NCBI GenBank assembly: GCA_965215195.1
Contig: CBDCDC010000002.1
Span: 1,600,001-1,664,000 of the forward strand
Direction: 5' to 3'
Length of the DNA: 64,000 nucleotides
From: Candidatus Latescibacterota bacterium
Lineage (GTDB): Bacteria; Latescibacterota; UBA2968; UBA8231
This document shows positions 55,098 through 64,000 of the stretch, one piece after another. The notes under the pieces were generated by a model. That model did not search any database. It was not told the DNA's origin and saw nothing but the letters and a program-made list of their open reading frames with translations. The translations under genes were made by a program, and so were the position numbers. How positions within the stretch are numbered: the first letter of the stretch is position 1; each line of letters starts with the position of its first letter.

Positions 55098-57075
55098 TCT
55101 GCGCGACGAGTGCGCGGCCGAACGCCTCTTGCTGCTGCTCGGCAGCTATCTGCACGGCGTACTGCTCGGCGTCGGCCAAGCGGCCCGCAGTCATCAGCTC
55201 AGCGACGAGCAGCTCTAACAAGTCCGTTGTAAACGTCTTGCGGATATTCGCGTCTTGCGCTGCGCGCTCTAGTGCTGCTAACGCCCTGCTATGCTCCCCG
55301 AGCAAATGGTAGGTATAGCCGCGAATAAAGTCCTGTAACCCTGGGGAAAAGTCCGGGGCCGCGCTCAAGAAGCGCAAGCGGTCTAGCAGGGCGAGGAGCG
55401 CGGCGCGCTCGTCCGGCCCAATGGGAGCTCCCGCGAGTTGTCCGCAACGCATCTGGCGCAGCGTACTCCACAAATCGCCCCATATCGTATAAGGCTCCTC
55501 CAAACGGGCCGCGCGATAATAGAGACCCGCGCGCTCGTACTCCCGAGCGGCGTAACACGCTTCAGCTACGTTCAGTGCCAGCAGCTCCGGCCCCGCTCCC
55601 GTTCGCCAACGCTCGACTCCGCTCTGCTCTCCGGCGCTCAATTCGTCCCACAGGGCCGCAGCCTGCTGGCGCAAGGTCTGCACACGACGCTCATTGCCCG
55701 CATCCAAAGGGGGCGCGGCCAAGAGCGCGGCCATGGCCCGCAGCACGGCCAACTGCTCGACGGGCAGGTCGCCAACGTCGGCTGCCGCCAACCGATCCGC
55801 AGCCCCGGGCGCGACCTTCCAAGGGGCCGGTGCTCCTTCTAGTGCAGCGACAATGGCCCGGGCCAAGAGCACTTGGCCGGCCGCCGCCGGATGCAAGTGA
55901 TCGGCCATCAGTTCCCAACCTACGCCGGCCGCTGGGCTGTGGGCGCAGAAGTGCGCCTCAACATCGGCGAGGAGCACCCCTTCTTCAGCCGCGACCCGAC
56001 GCACGACTTCGTTTAGGGCTGCTGTCGCCCGCCAAGGCCGAGGGTCCAACTCGCGTGCCTGCACATAAGCCGCCCGCGCCCTAGCCCCACGGCCTAACTG
56101 CTCTAAGTGATAACCGCGCAAGAAGTGCAAATAGGCGTCGTCCGCATAGAGTGCCTCGGCCTGTTCCAAAGCCGCTAGCGCGGCCGGCGACGCTTGCTTC
56201 CTATGGCCCTGCGCCAAAAAATCCACATAGCGTGCGCGCTCCCCATCCGGCAAAGGCGGCTCAATGCGCGCTGGTGCGAAACCGCGCTCGTTGCTGGTCG
56301 CCGTGCAGAGCACCAAGGGAATGCGCCGCGCTCGGCAAAAGGCCGCCATGTCGCGGAGATTGGCCTCCAAATTGGCCGCCGCCTGCGCCCGCCGCGGATC
56401 GGACGCCGGGATCGCGCCGGCCTTAGACATCACCTCGATTAAGGGACCATCCGCCCACTCTTTGCCCAACGGCCCTATCAGCTTGCCGACCAAGGGCGTC
56501 AGCCGCCACTGCACCAGCGCGTAGTGGACCCGTTTCATCCACACCGCTTGTCCTCCTTGGGCCAATGAGGCCGCTCCATAAACCCCGTATAGCTCGTTGT
56601 GCCCGGTATAGACTACGACCAAGTCCACCCCGAGCGCGGCTGCGCCGTCTTCCACAGCGCGGGCCACGGCAAAACTCGAAGCAGCGGTAATCCCGGCGTT
56701 AAAGACCTCGATCTGGCGCTCTGGAAAGAGATCGCCGAGCATTTCTTGGAGATAAGACGGAGCCGATAAACGCTTGGGGTGGGGGTAGCCCTGTACGGTC
56801 GAACCCCCGGCAAAGAGCACGCGCAACGCACCCTCGGGCGCGGGTTCGATATAGGGCCGCGGAGTCATGCGAATGCCGCGCCGGATAGGCTCGGCCACGC
56901 CGGCGAAGAAGCGACGGGCATAGTCCGGGTTGATCGCGTGGAGCACCCGGCCTTCGACGCGGGCTAGTTGGATGGCAAACGCCGGCGGATCCAACGCCGG
57001 GATCAGCCGCAACCCCCCTTCGATGAGCGCGACCAGTACTAGGCCGAGTAGTAGCGCCGCAAACCGAGCGCGCAT
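55072..57075 (-). CDS. SGNH/GDSL-like hydrolase domain plus TPR protein
   Basis: GGSTVQG (block I), NAG, Y.GHNE (block III), DHLHP (block V). Confidence 0.78.
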   Translation of the reverse strand: MRARFAALLLGLVLVALIEGGLRLIPALDPPAFAIQLARVEGRVLHAINPDYARRFFAGVAEPIRRGIRMTPRPYIEPAPEGALRVLFAGGSTVQGYPHPKRLSAPSYLQEMLGDLFPERQIEVFNAGITAASSFAVARAVEDGAAALGVDLVVVYTGHNELYGVYGAASLAQGGQAVWMKRVHYALVQWRLTPLVGKLIGPLGKEWADGPLIEVMSKAGAIPASDPRRAQAAANLEANLRDMAAFCRARRIPLVLCTATSNERGFAPARIEPPLPDGERARYVDFLAQGHRKQASPAALAALEQAEALYADDAYLHFLRGYHLEQLGRGARARAAYVQARELDPRPWRATAALNEVVRRVAAEEGVLLADVEAHFCAHSPAAGVGWELMADHLHPAAAGQVLLARAIVAALEGAPAPWKVAPGAADRLAAADVGDLPVEQLAVLRAMAALLAAPPLDAGNERRVQTLRQQAAALWDELSAGEQSGVERWRTGAGPELLALNVAEACYAAREYERAGLYYRAARLEEPYTIWGDLWSTLRQMRCGQLAGAPIGPDERAALLALLDRLRFLSAAPDFSPGLQDFIRGYTYHLLGEHSRALAALERAAQDANIRKTFTTDLLELLVAELMTAGRLADAEQYAVQIAAEQQQEAFGRALVAQIKAGQKPR

Positions 57076-57078
57076 GTT

Positions 57079-58746
57079 TTAAGGAGCGGCTGCGTAGCGG
57101 AAGAGCGCTTCTTCCCTGATTTGCACCTGATCGGCCTCTGCCCGGCGCAGCGAGTCGAGGAAGGCATTGAAGAGCACCCCTTCTCGGCGCTTGCGAATAT
57201 CCGCGCGAATGGGCCGCTGCACCTGCTTAAAGGGCAGCAACGCCATCTCGTAGGGCTGGTCGAGGCGGAACACGCTGTATTTCTCTTGAACTTCCATCGG
57301 GCCTTGTAGCACGCCGACGTCTTTGGAATTGCTGTCGCCAAAGAAGGTGCGGTACGGCGACTGGTAAAGCGACTCAATGGTGACCCGACCGCTGTCGGCA
57401 AAAGTGTGGCCGCCCACTGGCTTCATGCTGGGCCGCACCGAATGGCGAATGGCCAACTCCTCTAGCCGTTCCCCGCTGCGCACCCGCGCGAGAATTTCTT
57501 CGGCCTCCGTGCGCGTATCGACCAGCACCTCGGTCATCTCGATGACGCCGGGCAGGGATTTGTAGGTATCGAGGTATTTTTCGTAATAGGCTCTAACTTC
57601 GGCGTCCGTCACTTCGACCCTGCCCTCTACCTCGTCCAGACGCAATTGGGATGCGAGGAGCTTCTGGAGCTTTTTCTCTTTCCACTCCACTATGTCGGCC
57701 CGCTGATGCCGCCCCTGAGCGCGGGCTTCGAGGGCCAGCAGCGAATCGGGAAGAATCCACAACTCGAGCACATGGCAGACCGCTGCGCTGTCGGGCGGCA
57801 GCGCACCCTTTTCCACGGCGAGCAGTCCCTGCACGAAGTCGCCCACCTTGATCGCGCTGCCTCTGTATTCGATCAGCGGTGCCTGCGCTTGCGCTTGGTC
57901 CAATCCACGGCCGTGCAACCCATCAAGCACGGCGCGGATGCGATCGCGGTGATAGCGCAACTCGTGCGCCTTCTTGAGCGAATCAATGACCGCTTCGCGC
58001 CGACTCCTCCACTTGCGCTGGCTCAACTGTTTGGCGATATCGGTGCGCAACTGCTCAAAGGGAATGCGCTGCTTCTTGAGGACCTTGACCACCTCATAGC
58101 CGTCGATGGTGCGGATCGGCTCGCTGATTTGGCCTTCCTCCAAGTGGAAGGTGCCATCGCGCAGGCTGGACACGGCACCAGATTGGCCGAAGAAGGCACC
58201 GAGATTGCCGCCTTTGTCTGCGTCGTCAGCTAGGGAACGCTCTCGTGCCAATTCGGAGAAGCTAGCCCCTGCATTTAGCAGGCGGATGATTTCGCGGGCG
58301 TCTTCTTCGCGGGCGGAGAGGATGTGCGCCGGCCAGATTTCCCAACCCAGCGATTGCTCCTCATAGGACGCCCGAAGTTCCTCTTCGGTAATTGTGAGTT
58401 GGGCATCGACTATTTCGCGAGACAACTCCTCAGATAGGCGCTTATTGACCATCTTGGAGAGCTTGTGTTTCAGATCGGGTAGCTGCTCCAGCCCCCGCTT
58501 CCTAGACTCGCGCAGCACGAGCTCCTTATCTACCAAGCTCTGCAAATGGGCGCGATGGGCAGCCACGCCCTCTTTCTTTGAGCGCAGATAGTCGGGCAAC
58601 TCCTGCTCGTAGCGGTCGAGGTCTAGGACCGTGATTGCCTTCTCAGCGACCGTGGCCAGGACCGTCTCAGGAGTGGCCGGTCCACTTTCCGGCTCGCAGC
58701 CCGCAACCGCTAAAAGGAGGCCACAAACAAAAAATCGCCAAAACAT
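57079..58746 (-). CDS. SurA/PrsA-like parvulin peptidyl-prolyl isomerase lipoprotein
   Basis: VAGC lipobox, AHIL, G.SF.ELAR.RS, GG.LG, ISEPIRT..GY, and a second degenerate rotamase domain. Confidence 0.85.
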   Translation of the reverse strand: MFWRFFVCGLLLAVAGCEPESGPATPETVLATVAEKAITVLDLDRYEQELPDYLRSKKEGVAAHRAHLQSLVDKELVLRESRKRGLEQLPDLKHKLSKMVNKRLSEELSREIVDAQLTITEEELRASYEEQSLGWEIWPAHILSAREEDAREIIRLLNAGASFSELARERSLADDADKGGNLGAFFGQSGAVSSLRDGTFHLEEGQISEPIRTIDGYEVVKVLKKQRIPFEQLRTDIAKQLSQRKWRSRREAVIDSLKKAHELRYHRDRIRAVLDGLHGRGLDQAQAQAPLIEYRGSAIKVGDFVQGLLAVEKGALPPDSAAVCHVLELWILPDSLLALEARAQGRHQRADIVEWKEKKLQKLLASQLRLDEVEGRVEVTDAEVRAYYEKYLDTYKSLPGVIEMTEVLVDTRTEAEEILARVRSGERLEELAIRHSVRPSMKPVGGHTFADSGRVTIESLYQSPYRTFFGDSNSKDVGVLQGPMEVQEKYSVFRLDQPYEMALLPFKQVQRPIRADIRKRREGVLFNAFLDSLRRAEADQVQIREEALFRYAAAP

Positions 58747-58838
58747 AACGTTATCACCTGTGTACAAAACTGCGCGGTCCCGCTTGCCCAGCGGCACCGC
58801 GCAGCTAGTTGAAATTGGCTTGTGAACCCTGCGCTGCG

Positions 58839-59597
58839 CTATTGGCCGGTCGCCACCTTGCGCCCGTCTGGATAGATGCGACCGATCTCGCGCTCAAAGT
58901 GCATTTCGACGTCCACGTCCTCAATCGGATCCCCCTTGTAGTCGAAGCGCACCACCACATCGGGAATATGGACGATCAGTTCCTCCACGTCCGGTGCCAG
59001 CGGCTTAAAGACGATATACCCTTCGTTCTCTTGGGCACTGAACACCTGCTCATCGGGAAACATCGTGCGCCGTAAGATACTATCGCGCTCGTTCCAGACC
59101 TCCAAGGCATTGCCGGGCATCCCAGGGTCGTTGCCGCCGCTGCCACCGCCGATATAACTGCGGTAATACCTCGAGATCTGTTCGTGCCTCAGCGCGTAGT
59201 ACTTGCGCCCATTAGCGGTGGTTATATAGACCTTTTTGGGGTCGAGATAGACCTTGGGGTATTCGTAATTAGAAAGGTACATGCGAAAGACAGTGAAGCG
59301 CTGCGGGGTGTCCCCAGTGCGAAAGTACGTCGAGTTGCCAAACGTGTAGGGGTTGCGCGAGTTGGCCCCTTCGTTGGAGTACGCGCCGAACTGGCGGTTC
59401 AACTCCTCGTCGGTCATCGGCCGTAGGCTGATTTCAAGGCGCGCTTGTGTATAGGACACAGTGCCATCGTCGGCCACCGTCTTGTTAGCCCCTTGCTCGG
59501 CCTCGCTCATAGGCGTGAGATCTTCGGCGTAATAGCGATAGGAGCAGCCCGGAAAAAGCAGCCCGACCAAAAGCAGCGGCGTGAAACATCTCAGCAT
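58839..59597 (-). CDS. Conserved hypothetical lipoprotein (paralog of 43383-44129)
   Basis: FPGC lipobox; PMTDEELNRQF, NPYTFGN, QRFTVFR, NYEYPKV. Confidence 0.8.
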   Translation of the reverse strand: MLRCFTPLLLVGLLFPGCSYRYYAEDLTPMSEAEQGANKTVADDGTVSYTQARLEISLRPMTDEELNRQFGAYSNEGANSRNPYTFGNSTYFRTGDTPQRFTVFRMYLSNYEYPKVYLDPKKVYITTANGRKYYALRHEQISRYYRSYIGGGSGGNDPGMPGNALEVWNERDSILRRTMFPDEQVFSAQENEGYIVFKPLAPDVEELIVHIPDVVVRFDYKGDPIEDVDVEMHFEREIGRIYPDGRKVATGQ

Positions 59598-59607
59598 GGG
59601 TGACCTC

Positions 59608-62358
59608 CTACTCGAGACCGGCGAACACGGTGATGAACATAGCCGTTTCAGTGTGTGCCTTTTCGACCGAGGCGCGATCGATCCGCGACACGCGGAACCC
59701 AGTCTGGGTCCATAAGTTGTAGCCTAGGTATTCGGCGTTGTTGGTAAACTGCAAGGCATAAACCATCTCGTTGCGATCCGAGCGCAGCAAATGGGTTTCC
59801 AACTCCTTGCGGAACTGCTCAACGAGCAGGTACTCTAGGCCGGTCTGCAATTCGGTGCGCGACAGGATGGGTACGCGCAGGACCAAAGACCAGAGCTCGC
59901 GCAATTCCGTAGTTGCCACCCGCACCTGGGTGGCCTCGCGGCGCGAAGGACGCTGGCGCTGGAACTCGCTCTTCCAGCGCGGCTGGAACTTGATGACTCC
60001 GAGATCGAACGTGTAATCGACCTTATTGAGGATGCCAAAGAAGGAAGCCGTCTCGCGGATGTCCTGCTCCTCAATGGGCCGCTCGTCGAAATTGGATTGC
60101 TTGAATACCTCCCACTTGAAGCGATTCTTGAAGTGGATGTGGTCACTTTGGTACTGATAGCCTAAGTACAGGGTATTGGCCCAACCATCGCGTAGGGGTA
60201 GAGGATCAGCATAGGGTACGTCGTCGCCGCGTGATCCCTCGAATACAACCCACTCAATCACATCGTCGCGAATATCGTCCTGGACTTTACGGTAGTTATT
60301 GTATACTTGCACACGCCCCTTGCTGGCGTAGTCCTTGTCAAAGGTAAGCAAAGCGTAATTAGTGACGTTCTCGCGGGCGTCGGCTAGCTGTCGTTCGTCG
60401 AGGCGACCGACGGTTAGCCGCGCCTCCGGCCCCAAATGGGATCCCACGTAGATATTGTACCCGCGCCGATCCCGTTTGTACAAGTAGTCGGGCTGTTCGT
60501 CGTTTTCGAAGCGGTCAACGATGCCATTGTTGTTCATATCGACGCCGAAGAGGAACTCGGGTCGATCGGATGCATACCGCAAGAACGGCTCCTCGTAATC
60601 GGGAACTGTATTCTCGCGCCAATCATTGTCATTTTGGTTGAAGTCGTTGATGAAGTCGTTGTTCTCGTCAAAACCGGGGAAGACCCGGAGGTCCTGCGAG
60701 AAATTGGCGCGCAGCCAGTCGGGATTGCGGTCTTGATCGTCATTATCGTCGACGAATTCGTAAACGAAACGTCTTTCGTCGTCGTAGTCGATATCGGCCG
60801 CGTCGTTTAGGGTGCCGGCTAAAAAGGTGCTGGTGCTGTAGCTGGGATCAACGCTATAGACCTCGCCGAAGCTGTAGTAGGGATACGCTCGCTTATAGGC
60901 ATTGATAAACCAAGCGTCGGCCGAGATATTGTGGGCTTGGTGATTGGTCACATCAATCTCGGACCGCCGCGGGTAGCGAAAGTGCTGTCGGTTCCGATCG
61001 TATTCACCCGCAAGATAAAATCCGCTGACGTCGGAAACGTCGAGGGTGACGCCGAAAATCTCATTGGCTACCGGCAACCCGTATTTGACGCGCACGAAGC
61101 CTTGGTTTGAGCCATCCTTCACATTGCCGTCAGCACGTACCGTGCGCTCGGGGATACCCTCGGAGAGCAAGACTGGCTGAAAGTTGCGGTTAGCTTGGCG
61201 GTTGGAGGTGACGTCGATCCGGTAATCGTTGGCCAAGAGCAACAGGAACTCAATGCTCTTAATCTGTTCGGGCCGGGGGCCGAAGGAATTGCGGTACTGA
61301 GGACCCTCGAGGTCGTACACTAGCACAATGATTTCGTTGCCATCGGCCGAGAGGAATCCCTCGCGGCGGAAACCACCCTGTACCGACGGGCTGAAGTCGA
61401 GGACATTGCTATCACCAATTTGGCGACGATTACTGATGCGCTCGCCATCGATGGTCGTAATGATCATCTCCTCCTGGAAGAAGGCCGTGCCGGCGATGTT
61501 ATCCTCGGGTGAATCGTCGCTCAAGCGCACTTCAATACGCGTAATGTCGGCGTTGTTCTGGCCCTCGGTAAGCGTACCTTTGAAGGGGTTGCCCTGGAAT
61601 GCCTGCCCCTTGGTCGAGGAGTTGAAAGCATTGACGTAGGTCGCGCCAACCTTGACAAAGTCGCCGACCTGCATGGTGCCGCGACCACCGATCAAGTTGG
61701 TGTCGTTCGAGCGGAAACGAGCAGTGCTGGCCGTCTCTAAGGTTTCGACTTGCCCAGGCGAGCTGGGACGCGACACGAGAAGAGTCGTCTCGTACTTGTC
61801 GGTGGCCAAGTCGAACTGAATACCGGCGAACGTCGGTTTGGAAAAAGTCATCGGCGTCAGCGTCGTGCGGATGCGATCGCCAATGGTCAGGGCATAGGCA
61901 TATTGGCCCTTCTGGTCAGAGGCAATAACCACGCTTGCAAACCAAGAAGAGAATCTGTCCGTCTTGAACAGGCTGCTACCCGAGGTTTGTGGTGCCGCGA
62001 CGCTCCAATCGTAAACGAGTTGGCCGCGGGTGATGTAATTCCCGTAGAGGTCGTAGAAATACGTGCCCTCTTGGTTGGTATTCACAAAGCGCTCATAATG
62101 TCGACGAGCGTAATTGGTATAGTCCTGTTGTCGCCACTGGTACTCGTTGAAGAGTTCCTGGGGCACGTACCACTTCTTCACCGCCGGATCCAGCGCGTCA
62201 AAGAGGACGCCAGGCCCCACAGGGTCGTAATATACTTCTCCACCGCGGCGCACACCCAAGCGCGAACCGAAGTCCTCCTGTGCTAGGAGATGCTCTACCA
62301 CCACTCCCAGCATCAGCAACACAACCGCACCGATGCGGCAACTCCTAGCTGTGTTCAC
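59608..62358 (-). CDS. Large hypothetical protein, putative outer-membrane beta-barrel with acidic Ca-binding-like loops
   Basis: Signal peptide, amphipathic beta-strand pattern at the C-terminus (MFITVFAGLE), DDNDDQD / DENND / DMNNNG loops. Confidence 0.65.
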   Translation of the reverse strand: MNTARSCRIGAVVLLMLGVVVEHLLAQEDFGSRLGVRRGGEVYYDPVGPGVLFDALDPAVKKWYVPQELFNEYQWRQQDYTNYARRHYERFVNTNQEGTYFYDLYGNYITRGQLVYDWSVAAPQTSGSSLFKTDRFSSWFASVVIASDQKGQYAYALTIGDRIRTTLTPMTFSKPTFAGIQFDLATDKYETTLLVSRPSSPGQVETLETASTARFRSNDTNLIGGRGTMQVGDFVKVGATYVNAFNSSTKGQAFQGNPFKGTLTEGQNNADITRIEVRLSDDSPEDNIAGTAFFQEEMIITTIDGERISNRRQIGDSNVLDFSPSVQGGFRREGFLSADGNEIIVLVYDLEGPQYRNSFGPRPEQIKSIEFLLLLANDYRIDVTSNRQANRNFQPVLLSEGIPERTVRADGNVKDGSNQGFVRVKYGLPVANEIFGVTLDVSDVSGFYLAGEYDRNRQHFRYPRRSEIDVTNHQAHNISADAWFINAYKRAYPYYSFGEVYSVDPSYSTSTFLAGTLNDAADIDYDDERRFVYEFVDDNDDQDRNPDWLRANFSQDLRVFPGFDENNDFINDFNQNDNDWRENTVPDYEEPFLRYASDRPEFLFGVDMNNNGIVDRFENDEQPDYLYKRDRRGYNIYVGSHLGPEARLTVGRLDERQLADARENVTNYALLTFDKDYASKGRVQVYNNYRKVQDDIRDDVIEWVVFEGSRGDDVPYADPLPLRDGWANTLYLGYQYQSDHIHFKNRFKWEVFKQSNFDERPIEEQDIRETASFFGILNKVDYTFDLGVIKFQPRWKSEFQRQRPSRREATQVRVATTELRELWSLVLRVPILSRTELQTGLEYLLVEQFRKELETHLLRSDRNEMVYALQFTNNAEYLGYNLWTQTGFRVSRIDRASVEKAHTETAMFITVFAGLE

Positions 62359-62411
62359 AAAAGCCCTCCCTCGTTTATCAAATTTCCGGTCTGAGTTGCA
62401 ACGTATTCCAA

Positions 62412-64000
62412 TCAGTAGGCAACGTGGACGAGGCGCACGAGTTGGTTATCCTTGTCGTCGGCCTCAACCTCAATCCGGCAGAGATAGATCCCCGGCGACA
62501 CGACCTGTCCATCCAAATCCCGCCCGTTCCAGATGAACGTCTGATCTCCCACTTTGCCGCTCCCCGTCGCACCCTGTCCCCGGCCGACCAATCGACCACT
62601 CAGATCGTAAAATGCCACCCCCAACGGCCGCTCTTCCAATACCTTCAACAGCGCGAAATGCACCAAAAGCTCATCGTTGATCCCGTCGCCGTTGGGCGTA
62701 AAGATCGGTGTCAGCACTACGTCTTGGATCAACGAACCTAGCAAGGCCATCAGACTGACCCGCGTCGTCGAGGAGTCCACCAACTCAGTGGCGTCCTCGG
62801 CGTCGGTATCGACCCGCTGGAAGACGCCCTCATCGGAGTCTGACGCACGAACAAAGGAGGTGAACTCAATGCCCTCGCGGAAGCTCTGCGAATCGAACTG
62901 TATCTCGATGAGAGCGTGCGCCTCAGCGGGCAAGTCGGCGTTGAGCGAGAAGGGAAAGCGGACCCAGATGGAGTCCTCTGCCGTCGCTATGCGCTCCAGT
63001 ACCGAGCCATCCTCGGTACGCAAGATTCCGTCATCACCCTCGGTAAAGGCGCGGTCGAAGCGCGTGGTTACCGCTGAGGTTCGCATTTGATCTGGGTTGA
63101 TGAGCGAGGGTGTCTGGTTGACCTCAACCCGGCCGAGGCGGATTCCGGTCAGACGCACGGCGCGCGGAGTGACGACCAGCACCTCATTGAAGCCATCGCG
63201 CACGGTGGCATCGGTGGGGTCGGGTGCGGCAGCGCGGATAAAATAAGAAAATCGCTGAGGTTTGAGCGGATTGATATCGCGCGGCGGAGTGTAGTCGGCC
63301 GGCAAAACATCTAAGTTGGTCAGCCTCTTTGTCGTCCCCTCGTCGCTTACCAGCGCCAACTCACCAGCCAACTCCAGTGCCAGCGGCGGTGCGAGCTCAA
63401 TGCGCAACTCGCGGATTCGCGCCGTCTTGAAGGGATTCTCAGAGGAGATATTGACCCGGACCTGGATGAATTTGCGCGGATTGGGTGAGGTGATCGTCGC
63501 CTCATTGACGCCGTTAGTAGGCAGATAGCTCTCGCTCCATGCGCTCCAGCCGACGAAGGCCAACTCGCCATCCTTAGCAAAGCTCGTACGCGGTGCTCGG
63601 CGCAATTTCTTGCCATCTTCGTCGATGAGTCCGTCGCCGTCATTGTCGATGAGGTCAATGGGATCTTCATCGTTGGCACCGTCACCATCGTCGTCCTTGC
63701 GCGAAGCGTGTCTCTTGTTGTCGGGCAGAGTCTGCCAGATCTCCCATGCCAACCACTCCAAGGCTATCTCGTTGTAAACACTTTCTGATACTTCCTCTCG
63801 CTCTTCGCTGCCAGCGATGCTGACGACCTGATAGTAAGTAAAATTGGTGTCCGTCTGATCGGAGGTGCGGGTCTGTACCTGCAAGCGGACATCCGGGTGA
63901 AGATCCAGCGGCTCAATCCGCTCAATAGACTCACCAGTGAGCGGATCGGTGTCGCGGATGAGGACGTCCCCCTCCCAAGCGATGCTCGGCAGGGTCTTGC
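62412..64000 (-). CDS. Secreted FlgD/type-B-CTD protein (5' end beyond window), relative of 45507-48161
   Basis: Frame stays open to the window end; DDDGDG.NDED and DNDGDGLIDED repeats, WS.WS, FTPNGDGIND, YDLSGR, WNGRD..G..V.PGIY. Confidence 0.8.
   Translation of the reverse strand, partial: KTLPSIAWEGDVLIRDTDPLTGESIERIEPLDLHPDVRLQVQTRTSDQTDTNFTYYQVVSIAGSEEREEVSESVYNEIALEWLAWEIWQTLPDNKRHASRKDDDGDGANDEDPIDLIDNDGDGLIDEDGKKLRRAPRTSFAKDGELAFVGWSAWSESYLPTNGVNEATITSPNPRKFIQVRVNISSENPFKTARIRELRIELAPPLALELAGELALVSDEGTTKRLTNLDVLPADYTPPRDINPLKPQRFSYFIRAAAPDPTDATVRDGFNEVLVVTPRAVRLTGIRLGRVEVNQTPSLINPDQMRTSAVTTRFDRAFTEGDDGILRTEDGSVLERIATAEDSIWVRFPFSLNADLPAEAHALIEIQFDSQSFREGIEFTSFVRASDSDEGVFQRVDTDAEDATELVDSSTTRVSLMALLGSLIQDVVLTPIFTPNGDGINDELLVHFALLKVLEERPLGVAFYDLSGRLVGRGQGATGSGKVGDQTFIWNGRDLDGQVVSPGIYLCRIEVEADDKDNQLVRLVHVAY

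Noticed and set aside
1-64000. tRNA, rRNA, integrase or transposase genes
   Set aside because: None recognised by eye; covariance-model scans were not possible.

Overview
Bacterial DNA, moderately GC-rich. Gene content (FlgD/T9SS-like C-terminal domains, a PorV-like barrel, DUF6785, CRTAC1, AAA-PD(D/E)XK paralogs) suggests an FCB-superphylum lineage such as Latescibacterota; this is inference only. The left part (1-29 kb) is a mosaic surface-glycan locus with GT2/GT4 enzymes, two Wzx flippases, three O-antigen-ligase-like proteins, two GT-C-like membrane proteins, a GDP-mannose epimerase and a sulfotransferase. It also holds tandem paralogs with conserved ends and variable middles, several internally collapsed gene remnants (brnT, AAA-ATPase, GtrB-like GT2, amidohydrolase), a solitary type I-C-like CRISPR repeat, and inverted copies of a ~124-bp REP-like element bracketing 19 kb. 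The middle (29-36.5 kb) has a large Ig-repeat surface protein, a MORN protein, a DHDPS-family gene and aroA. The right part (36.5-64 kb) is the best candidate for an undescribed system: a T9SS-like export/surface-display locus. It combines a PorV-like barrel, a giant TPR protein, an ExbB/ExbD motor with a TonB-like-anchored DUF4159 protein, two paralogous unknown lipoproteins, a 916-aa putative outer-membrane barrel, a PPIase, and cargo bearing three different C-terminal signals. No searches were run; all family calls come from motif recognition by eye.
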